Under the pieces are notes generated by a model. The model was not told where the DNA came from and ran no database searches. It was given only the letters and a program-made list of their open reading frames with translations. The position numbers were made by a program, and so were the translations under genes. Below are positions 15,106 through 32,480 of a stretch of 64,000 nucleotides of DNA, piece by piece (position 1 is the first letter of the stretch; every line of letters starts with the position of its first letter). The stretch comes from the human T2T-CHM13v2.0 reference genome, Homo sapiens, in assembly GCF_009914755.1 (NCBI RefSeq), contig NC_060931.1. One strand, 5' to 3'.

Positions 15106-15442
15106 ACATTATGTAATTTAGATATGATAACCAACTAGCCCATTCAATATAAGGGACTAAATGGAATGGACACAGTCATGAGGTTCCAGTTGTGCCTGGC
15201 TATCTCTGTGAATTTGGCGAAGTATGTCACTGTATTACTCAATGAAATGCAAAAGTATTTACTTAATACAACTGAACAATAGCATTTAGAAAATTTTCTG
15301 GTTAATAGTAGGATACTTAGCTATTCAAAATCTTTATGATGTTTCATGTTTGTTGCATGTTTGTTGTTAAGTAGTAAAAGGCTAAATACGCAGGCTGCAG
15401 ATACGAGTGTTAAGGATGTTTGTGTATGTTAATGCCTTTTTT

Positions 15443-15788
<346 letters not shown>

Positions 15789-15894
15789 TGTTAATGCCTT
15801 TTTATTAAGCATTCTTTTACTGCTATTGCTCTATCTCTTGCTAAATATAAGCAGCATGATGTACTCTGCTCTCCTGTTCTTTTAACTCCATTGA

Positions 15895-16020
15895 GCTTCT
15901 TCTTTTCTTCATTTCTTCTTTCCTTTCCTTTCCTTTTCCCTTTCCCTTTCCTTTTGTTTTCTTCCTTTCCTTCATTTCCTTCCTTCCTTCTCTCTGTCTT
16001 TCTGTTTCTTTTCTATTTAT
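15895..16020 (+). repeat. CT-rich low-complexity polypyrimidine tract
   Basis: (CTTT/CCTTT)n seen directly. Confidence 0.85.
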
Positions 16021-16660
16021 TATTGTATATGATTTTTCTGTCACTTCATGACAGGGATATTTCTGAGAAATCGATCCTTAGGCAATTACCTTGTTGTGCA
16101 AACATCATAGAATGTACTTACATAAAACTGAATAATATAGGCTACAACATAACTAGTCTAGGTGGTATAGTTTAGTGGTCCTAGACTATAAGCCTGTGCT
16201 AAATACTATAGGCAATTTTTACACAATGGTAAATATTGGCACATCTAAATAATAAAAAAGAAGGCAGTAAAAATATGGTATAAAAATGGTACATCTCTGT
16301 AGGGTCCTTACCACAAATGGAGCTTGCAAGACTGGAAGTTGTTCTGGGTGAGTAAGGAGTAGTAAATTTGAAATGATAGGACATTACCATACACTACAGT
16401 AGACTTTATAAACACTATATATTTGGCTATACAAAATTTATAAAAAATATTTTTTCTTTATTCAATAATACATTAACTTTAGCTTATTGTAATATTTTTA
16501 CTTTATATAATATTTTTTAACTTTTGGACTCTTATAATAACAGCTAGCTTAAAATACAAACACACTATACAGCTGTACAAAAGTATTTACTTTCTTTATA
16601 TTATATTCTTATTCTATAAACTTTCTCCTATTTTTAAATTTTTACTTTTAAAACTTTTGA

Positions 16661-18271
16661 ATAAGACCCCCAAACACAGAAAACAAAAGCAAAAATAGAC
16701 AAATGGAATTACAACAAACTTAAAAGCTTCTTCACAGTAGAGGAAACAATCAATACAGTGAAGAGACAACCTATGGAATGGGAGAAAGTATTTGCAAGCT
16801 ATGCATCTGTAAGGAGTTAATACCTAAAATACATAAGAAACTCAAACAACTGAATTGCAAAAAAGCAAATAATTCAATTAACAAATGAGCAAAAGACCTG
16901 AACACGTACCTCTTGAAAGAAGACATAAAAATGGTCAACAGATACATAAAAAATCCTCAACATTACTAATCATTGGGAAAATGCAAATCAAAACTACAAT
17001 GAGATATCACCTCACCCCATTTAGAATGGCTATTATCAAAAAGACAATAAATGCAGACAGGATGTGGAAAAAGATCTCTTATGCACTGTTGGTGGGAATG
17101 TAAATTATCACAGTCATTACGGAAAACAGTGTGGACGTTCCTCAAAAAATTAAAAATAGAGCTACCATATGATCCAACAGTTTCATTACTGAGTATATGT
17201 CCTAAGGAAATGAAATCAGTATGTTAAGGAAATATCTGCACTCTTATGTTTTTTATTGCAGCACCTTTCCATCCACAATAGCCAAGATACGGAATCAACT
17301 TAAATGCCCATGTACAGATGAATGGGTAAGGAAAATGTGTTGTGCGTGCACACACACACGCACACACACACACATACACACACAATGGAATACTATTCAG
17401 CCTTACAACAGAATGAAACTCCTTTATTCGTGGCAACATGAATGAACCTGAAGGACATTATGTAAAGTGAAATAAGCCAGGCACAGAAAGACTAACAATG
17501 AATGTTCTCACTCATATGGGAATCTAATTGATTTCATAGAAATGGGGAGTAGGATGATTAACAGAGGCAGATGCAGTGTGGGGAGCAAGGAATGAGAGAG
17601 ATTGGTCAATGAGTAAAACATTACGTTAGACAGGAAAAATAAATTCTGGTGTTCTATTTCAGAGTAAAGTGAAAATAACAGTGTTGTGTATATTTCAAGA
17701 TCGCTCCGGGAAAAGATTTTGAGTGTTGTCACCAGAAAGAAATAATAAATGTTTAAAGTGATAGACATGAGATTTCATCTCATGCAAAGTACACATGCAC
17801 TGAAATGTCACACTGTACTCCTGATACAGTTTGAATGGTTTTCCTCTCCAAATCTCATGTTGAAATGTAATCCCCAATTTTGAAGAGGGCATCTGGTGGG
17901 AGGGGTTTGGGTCATGAAGGCCGATCCCTCATCTCATTGGGTTGGTGCTGTCCTCATGATAGATTGAATGCTCACTACATCTGGTAATTTAAAGTGTGTG
18001 GCACCTACTCCTTTGTTATTTGGCTTCCACTCTTGCTATGTGATGTGCCTGCTCCCATTTCACCTTCCACCATGAGTACAAGCTTCCTGAGGCCTTCCCA
18101 GAAGCCATGCATGCTTCCAGTACAGCCTGCAGAACTGTGAGCCAATTAAATCTCTTTTCTTTAAAGTTACTCAGTCTGGGGTATTTCTTTGTAGTTAGCC
18201 AAATGGACAAATACAACTCCATAACTAAGTGTATTTATTATGTGTCAATTCTAAATTTAAATATTAATAAT
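16661..18271 (+). mobile_element. 5'-truncated L1MA (3' ~1.2 kb) inserted in Tigger3b, itself split by an MST LTR
   Basis: ORF2 C-terminal remnant ([13 protein letters not shown]) and L1MA 3' UTR; resumes at 18216. Confidence 0.85.
17822..18215 (+). mobile_element. MaLR solo LTR (MSTA/MSTB-like)
   Basis: TG...CA termini, caaatctcatgttgaaatgtaatcccc, gaactgtgagccaattaaa; perfect 5-bp TSD ACTCC (17817-17821 / 18216-18220). Confidence 0.92.
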
Positions 18272-18810
18272 TTTTGATAAAAACTAAGATACAAAATCAC
18301 TCATTAGTTTACACAAAGTCAGGGTCATCAATAGCTCTGTCTTCCACATCTATATCTTGTCCCACTGAAAGGTGTTCAGGGGCAATAACATGCATGGAGC
18401 TGTCATTTCCTGTGATAACAATATCTTCTTCTGGAATACCTCCTGAAGGACTTGCCTGAGGCTGTTTTACAGTGAACTTTTTAGAAACATAAGTAGAGGT
18501 ACACTCTAACAATAAAAAGTATAGTATAGTAAATACATAAACCAGTAACATAGCTGTTTGTTTTTAATATCAAGTATTATATACCGTATATAATTGTATA
18601 TGGAATACTTTTACAGAACTGACCATGGAGCAGTTTTGTTCACACCAGCATCATCACGTGAGGAAAATGTTGTGCTATGACATTACATTACAATGGCTAT
18701 GATGTCATTAGACAAAAGGAATATTTCAGCTTAATTGCAATCTTATGCGACCGCCATCATATATGTGGTCGATTGACTAAAAACATCATTATGCAGCACA
18801 TAACCATACA

Positions 18811-19450
18811 TTTAAGATATACAGAATGTTTATATATATATGTATATATAGAAATACATGGTGAGGTGACTACTACAGTTGAATAAATTAACATATCCAT
18901 TGTCTCAGTTACCATTTATGTGAGTGTGTGCACATAAATGTTCATACACTCATATCTTACCACATAAGATCACCTAAAATCTACTCTCTTAGCAAATGTC
19001 TGTACATAATGCAGTATTATTAACTAGAGTCATCATGTGGTACATTGGATCTATAAACTTATTCTAGATAACTGTTTACCCTTTTAGATATCTCTTTACC
19101 CTTTTATCTGTATCTTCTGATTTCCCCTCCCTCCCACTCCTGATAACCATCTTTCTATTCCTTGTTTTTGTATAGTTGATTTCTTTCTCTTTTTTAATCT
19201 TCCACACATAAGTGAGATCAGGCAGTATTTTTCTTTCTCTCTCTGACTTATTTCATTGAACATACGTCCTCTAGGTTCATCTATGTTCTTGCAAATGGCA
19301 AGATCTCCTTTTTTTTCTTGAAGGTAAATAGTATTCCATTGTGTATATACAGCACACTTTCTTTATTCATATGGACCATCATGTAGATTATTTTCATATC
19401 TTTTCCATTGTGAATAATATTGCAATGATCATAGGAATGCAAATATCTTT
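18811..19450 (-). mobile_element. L1MA (MA9-like) 3' fragment
   Basis: Reverse L1MA 3' UTR (ttccacacataagtgagatca..gcagtattt). Confidence 0.8.
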
Positions 19451-19552
19451 ACTTTCATGTTTCTCTTCAGATTGTACACATCTTTCACTTTTTATTTCAG
19501 TACAGATTTTAAATAAAGATGTTATCCTAGTTTGTTATATATTAGAAGCATT

Positions 19553-20080
19553 TCCTATTAGTTTTCTATTGCTACTGTAAAAATATTACCATGTTTTATT
19601 ACCCTAAAGCAAAACAAATATATTATCTTACACTCCTGCAGATTGGAAGTCTCATGCAGGTCTCATTGGAAGACTCAAGGTGTCAGCAGGTCTGCATCCC
19701 ATTCTGGAAGCTGCAGGGTGATATCTGTTTACTTGCCTTTCCCAGCTTCAGGAGGCCAAACACATTCCTTGGCTTGTGGCCCCCTTCTTTAATCTTCAAA
19801 GGCAGAAATTTGAATCTCTTTGGCCATTTTCTGTAGTCACATCTCCCTCTGACTCTTGCATTCTGCCTCATTCTTTCATATTCAAGTATTCTCATGATTA
19901 TAATTTGCCCACCTGGATAATCCAGGATAATCTCTGTGTTATAATGTAAGCAATCTTAGATGAATCTCATCTGCAATCTAATTCCCTTTTGCCATGTAAA
20001 ATAACATTCACAGCTTCTGGGGATTAGGATGTGGAGCATATTTGGGCTTAGAAGAGTGGAGCATTATTGTGCCTAACACA
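19553..20080 (-). mobile_element. MLT1 (D/E-like) MaLR LTR
   Basis: ttagttttctattgct.ctgtaa, caaggtgtcagcagg, ends tgcctaacaca. Confidence 0.75.
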
Positions 20081-20184
20081 TTCTTAAGTAAATTTTTCTT
20101 TCTTCCCCTTGAGTGTGAATAAGCTAAGGAAATATTGCCTGGTAGAGATGCTCTGGTGACTTCTTTTGCTGAATAGATAAGAAT

Positions 20185-21280
20185 GGTTTTATTTTTTATT
20201 TTTAATTGAACAAATAGTAATTGTATATATTTATGTGTTACAATGTAATGTTTTGATATATGTATACATTCTGGAATGATCAAATCAATAGGCAATACAT
20301 TATTGATTATTGAGACATATAAATGACCAACAGATAGAAGAAAAAATGCTCATCATCTCTAATCACTGGATAAAATACAATTGAAAACCATAATAAGATA
20401 TGGCCTTATAGCTGTTAGGTTGGCTGACAATTATTATTTGTCAATTAAAAATATTATGTCTCAATAATCAATCATAACTTAGTTAATATAGTTATTATTA
20501 ACTATAGTCACCAAGCTGTACAATAGATCACCAGACCCAGTCTCCCATCTAACTGAAATTTTGTACCCTTTGACCAAAGTCTTCCTTTTCCTTACCTGCC
20601 CTCTTTACATACAACCCCCCCCCACAACCTCTGGTAACTATCATTCTACTCTCTACATCTATGAGTTAGACATTTTTAGATTCCACATATAAGTGACATC
20701 ATGTGGCATTTTTCTTTATGTGTGTTGCTTATTTCACTTAGTTCAATGTCCTCTAAGTCCATCCATGTTGTCACAAATTACAGAATTTCCTACTTTTTAA
20801 TGGCTGAATATTATTCCATTATGCATTCTATCATAGACTACATTTTTTAACCCATCTGTTGACCTCTTCAGTTGTTTCCATATCTTGGCTATTGTGAATA
20901 ATACTGCAATAAGCACAGGAGTACAAACATCTCTTCAACATACTAATTTTAATTCCTTTGGATATACACCCAGAAGTGGCATTGCTGGATCATATGATAA
21001 TTCTATTTTTTATTTTTTGAAGAACCTCCATACTGTTTTCCAAAATAACTACTAATTTACAATATCGTCAACAATGTACAAGATTCCTTTTTCTCCACAA
21101 CCTTGCCAACAGTTATTATCTTTCATCATTTTGATAACAGCCAATGTAACAACTATGAGGTGATATCTCATTGTGGTTTTAGTTGTTTTTAATTCAATGA
21201 TTGGAGATGTTGAGCATTTTTTTCTTATATCTGTTGGTCCTTTATATGTCTTCCTTTGAGAAATGTTTATTCAGGTCTAT
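20185..21280 (-). mobile_element. L1MA 3' fragment carrying an internal inverted self-copy
   Basis: Reverse L1MA 3' UTR and ORF2 end; see finding at 20302-20472. Confidence 0.85.
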
Positions 21281-21282
21281 TC

Positions 21283-22500
21283 AGGACACCTATTCTGTTA
21301 ATGCTGCTGGGATAACTGGCTAGCCACATGCAGAACACTGAAACTAGACCTCTTCCTTTTACCATATGCAAAAATAAACTCAAGGTGGATTAAAGACTCA
21401 CATGTAAAACCTAAAACTATAAAAACCCTAAAAGAAATGTAGGAAATATCATTCTGGGCATAGGCTTAGGCAAAGATTTTATGACAAAGACTCCAAAAGC
21501 AACTGAAATAAAAATTAGGTTGGGCTTAATTAAATGGAAAGAGTTTCTGCACAGCAGAAGAAGCTATCAACAGAGTAAACAGCCCACAAAAAGATGAGAG
21601 AAAATATTTGCAAACTATGTATCTGACAAAGATCTAATATCCAGAATCTAAAAGGAATGGAAACATATCAACAAGCAAAAAACAAACTCATTAAGAAACG
21701 GACAAAGGACATGAACTTTTCAAAAGAACACATACAAGTGGTCAAAAAAACATGAAAAAATGCTCAACATTACTAATCATTAGAGAAATGCAAATTAAAA
21801 CCACAATGAGATACCGTCTCAAACCACTCAGAATGGCTATGATTAAAAGGTAAATATATAATAGATATTGACAAGATTGCAGAGAATAGCAACACTTATA
21901 TGCTGCTGGTAAGAGGATAAATTAGTTCAGCCTGTGGAAAGCAGTTTAGACATTTCTCAATAAGCTTAAAATAGAACTACCATTTGACCCAGCAATCCCA
22001 TTATTGGATATTTACCCAAATGGAAAATAAGTTGCTCTACCATAAAGGCACATGCATACATAAGTTTATCGTACCACTTTTGGCAACCACTGAGGAGATA
22101 GAGAAAGAAAATGTGCACCACGGAATACTACTCTGCCATTCAAAAGAATGAAGTCATGTTCTTTCCAGCAATATGTATGCAGCCGGAGGCCATTATTCTA
22201 AGCAAATTAACACAGGAACAAAAAACCAAGTACAGCATGCTCTCACTTATTACTGGGAGCTAAATGTTGAGTACACATGAACTCAACGAGGGAAACAATA
22301 GATACGGGGCCTACTTGAGGGTTGAAGATGGGAGGAGTGTGAAGATTGAAAAACTACCTATCGAGTACTATGCTCACTACCTCCGTGATGAAAACATTTG
22401 TATATCAAACCCCTACACAATTTACTCACGTAACCAACTTGCACATGTACAACCTGAACCTAAAATAAAGGTTGGAAGAAAAATAAATATGACAAATGAA
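21283..22500 (+). mobile_element. L1PB-like 3' fragment
   Basis: tgctgggataactggctagccacatgc; 3' UTR aaaactacctatcg.gtactatgctcactacct; A-rich tail. Confidence 0.85.
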
Positions 22501-22509
22501 AATAAAAAG

Positions 22510-23680
<1,171 letters not shown>

Positions 23681-25729
23681 TGCACGTAGATTGGTACCCC
23701 ATCCCGTAAGTAATTCAGATCTACTTCATTTTTACAGTGTACAGTTCAAACAACAAACCTGTTAACTACCCCTTCTGAAATAGATATTGTATTATCCTTT
23801 AAAGAAGGGAGCTCTTTTCCTATATCTACTTTTTCATTTCTGGAAAGCTTAGCTGAGGAGTTGCCTGTGACCCACTGAGCAAAATCATCTCTATTTGCTT
23901 GAGATCTGAGAATCAAACTTTCCGACATAGACTGAATATCCTGGGATTTGAGAAATCCGATACTCTTCATAAGGCACTGAGAATATACCCTAACATTTGT
24001 GTGTGTGTGTCTGCATGCATGTGTTAAAGTGTATTGTAAAAGGTTAATAATATATAGAATGTGGCAGTTAATAATTTACAGACTTTTTAGAGGAAAATTT
24101 ACCTTGTCTCAAAGTTTTCCTTAAAGCCCAATAGTGTTCAGAATTCAGTTTTATCAGCAGGAATGAAAATTAACAATCATGGAAGGAAAGTAAATCTTTT
24201 TATTAGGTAAAACACATACAATGCAAAAACAATTGCTAATGCCTTCTCTGATAGATACAGTAACAGTCACAAAGGCTGCAGAGCACGGCTAAAGTATTTA
24301 TTTGACATTTATTAAACAGAGTTTAATGGCAGTGACACTTTAATCTAATTCATCAATTTAATAGTTTTCATGAAAATGCTTCATTTACTTAGATGCTCTA
24401 TGTATCTTTCCTATTCCTACTAATCATTTTTGTTCATTTGCTATTGAAGTAGGTTGCCTTGAAATAGTGCATTAGAATCAGAAGAATATAGCTTCATAAA
24501 ACATTATCATTAAAAACCTATCTAGATTAAGAAGTAGCAAGTAATTATAATTTTACAGGATTATTTTTTCATTTGTCTCAATGACAGTAAATCATTAGGC
24601 CTGAGAAACCATCTGTATGGATCCATAGATACATGCCAGAGGTCATCTTTGGATACATAATCATACATTATTATGATGTCCCAGTTTAAAAAGGGTTTTC
24701 TTCTTAAAAAAAAAATCTTTAGTAGTGATCTCTTCTAATGAACATGATAAATCTGATAATCTTCAAGGGAGTTTTAGTTTCAAATTTCTTTGCCAAATCA
24801 GTAGAACCCCTAGGGTGAAATAATGAGTAGACAAATAATCTTGTTCTGTCCCTTAGGGTAGATATTTTGTACTGATGATATTTCTAGTGCTGACCTTCCA
24901 CATTCAAGTGTCTAAGTTTATAGGTAATTAATCAGTATTCCCTGGCACTTTGAAGATTTGAGCCTAAGTGGATATTTGCTTTCTGCTAACTGGTTTCTAG
25001 TGTTTTAACTGCCTGGTTGTACAGCAGTTGAAGGCATCTGATACCTGTATTTCCTTAGCCCATAAGGACCTCAAGAATGGCTATACAGAGAAGAGATAAT
25101 TTTTTAAATATGGATTTAACTGATATAAACATTATATGGTAAAAGGAAAAAAAAGTTGCATTATTAATTTCTAGCAACTTTTTTTTGAAGTTGTTCTAGT
25201 ACAGTTCATCTGGTCTGAGGAAGTACTGCTCTGTAATTATTCTAGATGAATTGCTTCATTCAGTTATTCATTGAGGTTAGTGGCTTCAGAGAAGGCCAAC
25301 TAGCTGGATATGAAGTGCCATCAGTTTACAGTCTTGACCAATAAGCCTCCCTGTAGAAACTGAAATTGTCAGTATGCTGGATTTCTCAGACTTAAATTGA
25401 TAATGATGATTACTACATTCTCAATGTCGCATAGATTAGAATAGCAGTTTACTTAATTAATACCTCAGGTAGAACAGACATCAAGTGGTCCAATGGTGTT
25501 ACTCTCTTTTAAAAAGAAATTTTCATGCGAAGCTGAAATATCAGAATTTGAAAACAGAGCAGGGGGAATTGTTTATGGGATATGAACATTGAATATTATC
25601 AGACTTACGTATAAATTGACATTAGTCTCAACAACACAGATAGATATGCTAGGCAGATGTAATATGTTTATCACACCTCTTGGAGAAATTTCTTTTCTGA
25701 ATCATGTTTGGGTGAGTTTTTCCAGTATT

Positions 25730-25924
25730 CAATGGCCTGTTGATAAATGATTAACAGTTGGCTCTTTAAGGAAAACCATGCTAATTTGTAGGTTTGTCAG
25801 TTTTTGTGGTATAAATATTACCATTATGACTAAGTTGAAGCCACCAATATCACTAAAGATGCGGCTGGGATACATACAATCCAGTTCTCAAAAGTCACCA
25901 CCAGCTGATTCTGTCACACCACTG
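25730..25924. mobile_element. MER63-like hAT DNA transposon relic
   Basis: Decayed termini caatggcctgttgataaatgattaacagttggctct ... cacaccactg. Confidence 0.5.
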
Positions 25925-26696
25925 CAATGCCTACCTTTCAGATATTACTTATTTGCCTGCTACTGAAAAGCTATTATGTTCTTTGGATGTTATCTTTAAG
26001 TGTGTAAGTATATAAATATAAGTATGTAAATATATAAATATAAACATGTCTGATTATAATATCTTAATATTTAGTAATTTAAAATGAATTTTTATATCTT
26101 TTCTTCTGGCCTCTCACATTCTTAACTGATTTTGTGGCTTAATTTTCAGAAGTAATTTTTATTTCTAAGTTCTTAGGGAGCTTCATGGTTATTGCTTCAT
26201 GTATTTTCAACTCCAGACTTTCTAAACTGTTTTTCTTATGCTATCTGCATCAGAATCTCTGAGAAAAGAGGACTTAGCATCAGCATTTTAACACATTCCT
26301 TTGGAAAGACATTGTTAAGCTTTGATAATTTCTGTTCTAAAAGACCTGCCTTTCCATTAAAGATAAAATTATTTTAATATTGACCTTCAATATTGACAAA
26401 ACGTAATCGAAATAGAAGTGGGAAAACAAGAAGTAAGAAATGATGAGAAGTTAGTTTTATGATCTCATGAAAATATAATCTTGATGGACTTGACTTTGGA
26501 ATAAGAACTAACTTCTGGAAGAAGGCTTTCTTTTCTCTAGTTTTGTCTATTTTGTCTATTCTAATTTTTCTATCTATTAAGTAGATTATTTTTGGTGGTA
26601 TTTCTCAGTCCTCACGTATAGCAGCATTCCCTGGTGAGGTTAAATTTGTATTTAATTTCGCATGATGCTAATAAGCAGCTAGAATTGTGGAACATT

Positions 26697-27492
<796 letters not shown>

Positions 27493-27669
27493 GAACTTAT
27501 AAAACAAATCTTATATAAATGACAAAAACAATTTTAAAGTCTCTAAATAGAGTGATTAAAAAAACAATAAAAATCTAACAAGAGTCAGGCTTGCTCATTA
27601 AGTTATGATTTTATCAACTTTTCAATAATGATGAAGGAAGTGATGATGATGAATGGATAATGATGATAG

Positions 27670-27875
27670 TGATAAAAATAATGAAATAATTATGCACCAG
27701 TCACGAACGCATATGTAAATGCATTTCTAAGTAAGTGCATTTTGTACAATATCCTAATTATTTTTTGTAACAAATCTAAGAAATAGATACTATTATTATG
27801 CCCAGTTTTTAGGTAGAGAAAATGGAGGCTTAGAATGTTAGTGATTTCTCCAGCTAGTAAGTGATACAACTGGTT
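27670..27875 (-). mobile_element. MIR
   Basis: tattattatgcccagtttt.aggtagagaaaatggaggcttaga..gctagtaagtg. Confidence 0.7.
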
Positions 27876-28107
27876 AGGGAAAGTGATTGGCTTGGATTAA
27901 GAGGCTGTAAATTCTTCTTGAAAGGAATCTGCCATGATCATAAGGAATGGAACGGTGGGGAGTCTATGGCCTCAGTGAAGGCAGGCAGATAAAAACGTAA
28001 AGCAATGAGAAAACCAAGGATTCCTGGCATCATTGGCACATGTCTTATAGGACTGGTGAGGAGGACAATTGTAAAATCTAGGTAGTTTGGAGGAGTGAGA
28101 GCCCAGG

Positions 28108-28168
28108 GGTGTGTGTGTATGTGTGTGTGTGTGTGTGTGTGGTGTGTGTGTGTGTGTGTGTTGTGTGC
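28108..28168 (+). repeat. (GT)n microsatellite, interrupted
   Basis: Seen directly. Confidence 0.95.
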
Positions 28169-28483
28169 ATGCAACACGTAAACATTCAGAATTCCCAGAT
28201 ATCATTTGGCTAGGGTCGTGTCCTATTACAAATGACAATTAGACAAAAAAGCAAAACAAGCAAAATGAAACATTAGAGACAAAAGGATGGCTAAAGTAAT
28301 ATAATAAAAGTAAAGATAAGGGAGAAGACAGAGACATGGCAGTAGCTTCTGCTACCTTGTACCTTCTTAAACCTATTTATCACTATTGCCCTTTACTTGA
28401 AATATTAAAATTCTTAAACATCTGCATTTCTCTTAAGGTAGCTCCTGTTTCAAACATGCTGTGCAATTTAAAAATAAAATCTG

Positions 28484-28826
<343 letters not shown>

Positions 28827-29196
28827 TTAAAATATTTTCTTCTTAGGAGCTGTGTGTTATGTCATCATGTGAGGCTGGGTTTTGAGAAAAAAGGCAGAGT
28901 TTTTGAGTTGGATGTATATTATTGAAAGCCTGTAATGACAAGTGCTAATTTGTATTTATGAAGAAACGTTAGGAAATAAAATGTCATGTAATGTCAGAAA
29001 CATAAGAGCATATTTTAATTAAATCTTTGAAGACCTTCCAGAGAATTTAAGTCTTCTCTATCTGGCATTAGGCTGGAAAAGGATAAGAAGCAGTTGGATG
29101 TTTTCAACTCTCTCCTCTATTTAGTCCCTGCCTTCCTTATTCCAGAATACTTTATTTTAGTCATTTGGTACTCAGGACATATGCTATTAGGCTGGA

Positions 29197-29496
29197 TTTT
29201 TTTTTCCTTTATAGAGACAGGGCCCTGCTCTGTTACTCTGGCTGGAGTGCAATGATGCCATCACGGCTAACTGCAGCTTCCAACTCCTGGGCTCAAGTGA
29301 TCCTCCCATTTTAGCTTCCCAAATACCTGAGACTACAGATGCGTATCACCATGCTCAGCTAATTTTTTAATTCTTTTGTAGAGACAGAGTCTTACTATGT
29401 TGCCTAGACTGGTCTTGAACTCCTGGATTCAAACGTTCTTCTCACATCAGCCTCCAAAAGTGCTAAGATTACAGACATGAGCCACCACACCCAGCC
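29197..29496 (-). mobile_element. AluJ-like
   Basis: ctcctgggctcaagtgatcctccca; highly diverged. Confidence 0.92.
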
Positions 29497-29559
29497 AGAA
29501 TTGATTGATTTCTAAGAACCGTGACATGTTTATTCTGATACTTCCCTGTATTTACTCTG

Positions 29560-30030
29560 ATGCTTCACCCTGTTGGTGGGTGACCTTTTGCATTTCTCTA
29601 CTCCATAATTTAAGTGAGCACAGTTCTTGGCACAAAACAGTCAATGAATAAATATGTGTTGGATGAATTGATAACAACACTACCATATAGATTTCAATTA
29701 TTGTCTATATAATTTACTTGATGTATTTTAAGTTGTAGCTGTCTAACTGAGCATCTTCAGGTCAGATTTACTCTGCGCAGGGAAAATTATTTAATGACAA
29801 TTGAGAGAATCATCTAACTGGTGTCCCTGCTTCCAATGTATCAGCCTCTCTGAACTTCATGCTGCCGTTATCTCCAGCACCAAGTCCTAAGTTACTCATC
29901 GGTTTCACACTCCAGCTACTACTTATTTTGTTGTTTTCTCACTCTGGAAATCTCTTCTCACCTCCTTTAATTCTTCCCCTTTCAGACTCATGCTCTCACC
30001 CCTTAAATTCTTCTTCCTCCTGGAAAGTCA
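29560..30030 (+). mobile_element. L2 relic fragments
   Basis: gcacagttcttggcaca...aataaatatgtgttggatgaat; ctaactggtgtccctgcttcc. Confidence 0.5.
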
Positions 30031-30045
30031 ATGTAGACATGCTCT

Positions 30046-31266
<1,221 letters not shown>

Positions 31267-31807
31267 TCAACTGCCACTGATATGCGCAGTTTTAATCACC
31301 CCTTTTTGTATTAAGAGGTCTTTGCATTTATTTTTTGCATAGCATTTTTGCCTTTTGCTATGAATTTTGTATGAGAGTTAAAATGTTTGTCAACTAAGTG
31401 AATGGATGTTCTATCGTTCATTCTCAAGTAGAGTTTGTTAAAGTATAATTCGTCATGTAATGCTCAACTCCATTTCACTTACTAGGTTATGGATATATAA
31501 CTATGTTACATTGTTACTGTTTGGGGTAACTCTTTGTGGGATAAATCGCTCTCTCCTAACTGGAGAAAAAGTATGAGAATATGACACACACTACAGTGCT
31601 AGATTCTACGTTTCTCTCTCCAGTCAAAATTACCTTTTTAGTGTTCTCCACTACTTTATTGTTTTGTTTTTCTTGCATGTATGTGTGTATAAATGTTTGC
31701 AAACACACACACACTATACACACTATACATATATACATATAAACACATACTCATATGCACACAGAAATGCAAAAAAAAACAAATTTATAATTTTAAAATA
31801 AACATAC

Positions 31808-32480
31808 ATAGATGTTTCTCAACTTAAATTGGGGTTGTGTCTTGGTAAGTTGAAAATATAAATTGAAATTGCATTTAATACACTTAAACTACCAACATCA
31901 TGGTTTAGCCTAGCTTACCTTAAACGTGCTCAGAACAATGACTTTAGCCTACAGTGAAGCAAAATCATCTAACACAAACCCTATTTTATAATAATGTGCT
32001 GAATAGCTTCTGAAATGTATTAAATACTGCATTGACAGTGAAAAACAGGATGGTAGTATGAGTACTGACCATTAACATACATAGCAGAAAGCACACTAGG
32101 TCTGAAGAATGCTTGAAGACTTGAAGTAAAATTAATTGCTGGATGATGGGGTTGCAACAGAGAATGAGTACCCAGATTCTTTCTCTTCTGATGAGGGTTG
32201 GGAATACCAGGTAGAAGGTGCTGAGGAATGCAACACTCACCGATGGTTTAGCAGGCATAATGTTCCTTAGGAAGATATCAAGTATTCCGTGTTTCCTCTT
32301 CTGATGATCTGGCTGACTAGGAGCTGTGGCTCGCTGCTACTGCAAAGCATCTTGAGAGAGTATTGTACCACTTATTGCTAGCCCAGGAAAAAATAAAAAT
32401 TCAAAATATGGTTTTCCCTGAATGCTATCACTTTCATACAATTGAAAAGTGGAGAAATCATAAATGAAACCATTATAATT
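31808..32480. mobile_element. Internally deleted Tigger4 (Zombi)-like element
   Basis: catttaatacac.taa.ctacc.acatcat.gtttagcctagc.taccttaaacgtgctcagaaca; other end ttgctagcccaggaaaa...aaccattataa. Confidence 0.75.

Larger units (their letters stand above)
16032..18808 (+). mobile_element. Tigger3b-like (TcMar-Tigger) DNA transposon split into 16032-16660 and ~18272-18808
   Basis: Left end ttctgagaaat..ttaggcaatt..gttgtgcaaacatcatagaatgtactta; right end catcattatgcagcacata; colinear with the second copy at 32481-33797. Confidence 0.85.

Noticed and set aside
20302-20472. Novel MITE with 18-bp terminal inverted repeats
   Set aside because: The interior is a copy of nearby L1 sequence, the left repeat overlaps that copy, and there is no convincing TSD.
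20185-22500. Twin-priming inversion at the strand switch near 21280
   Set aside because: Both sides have their own 3' UTR and tail and look like different subfamilies (L1MA vs L1PB), so these are two insertions.
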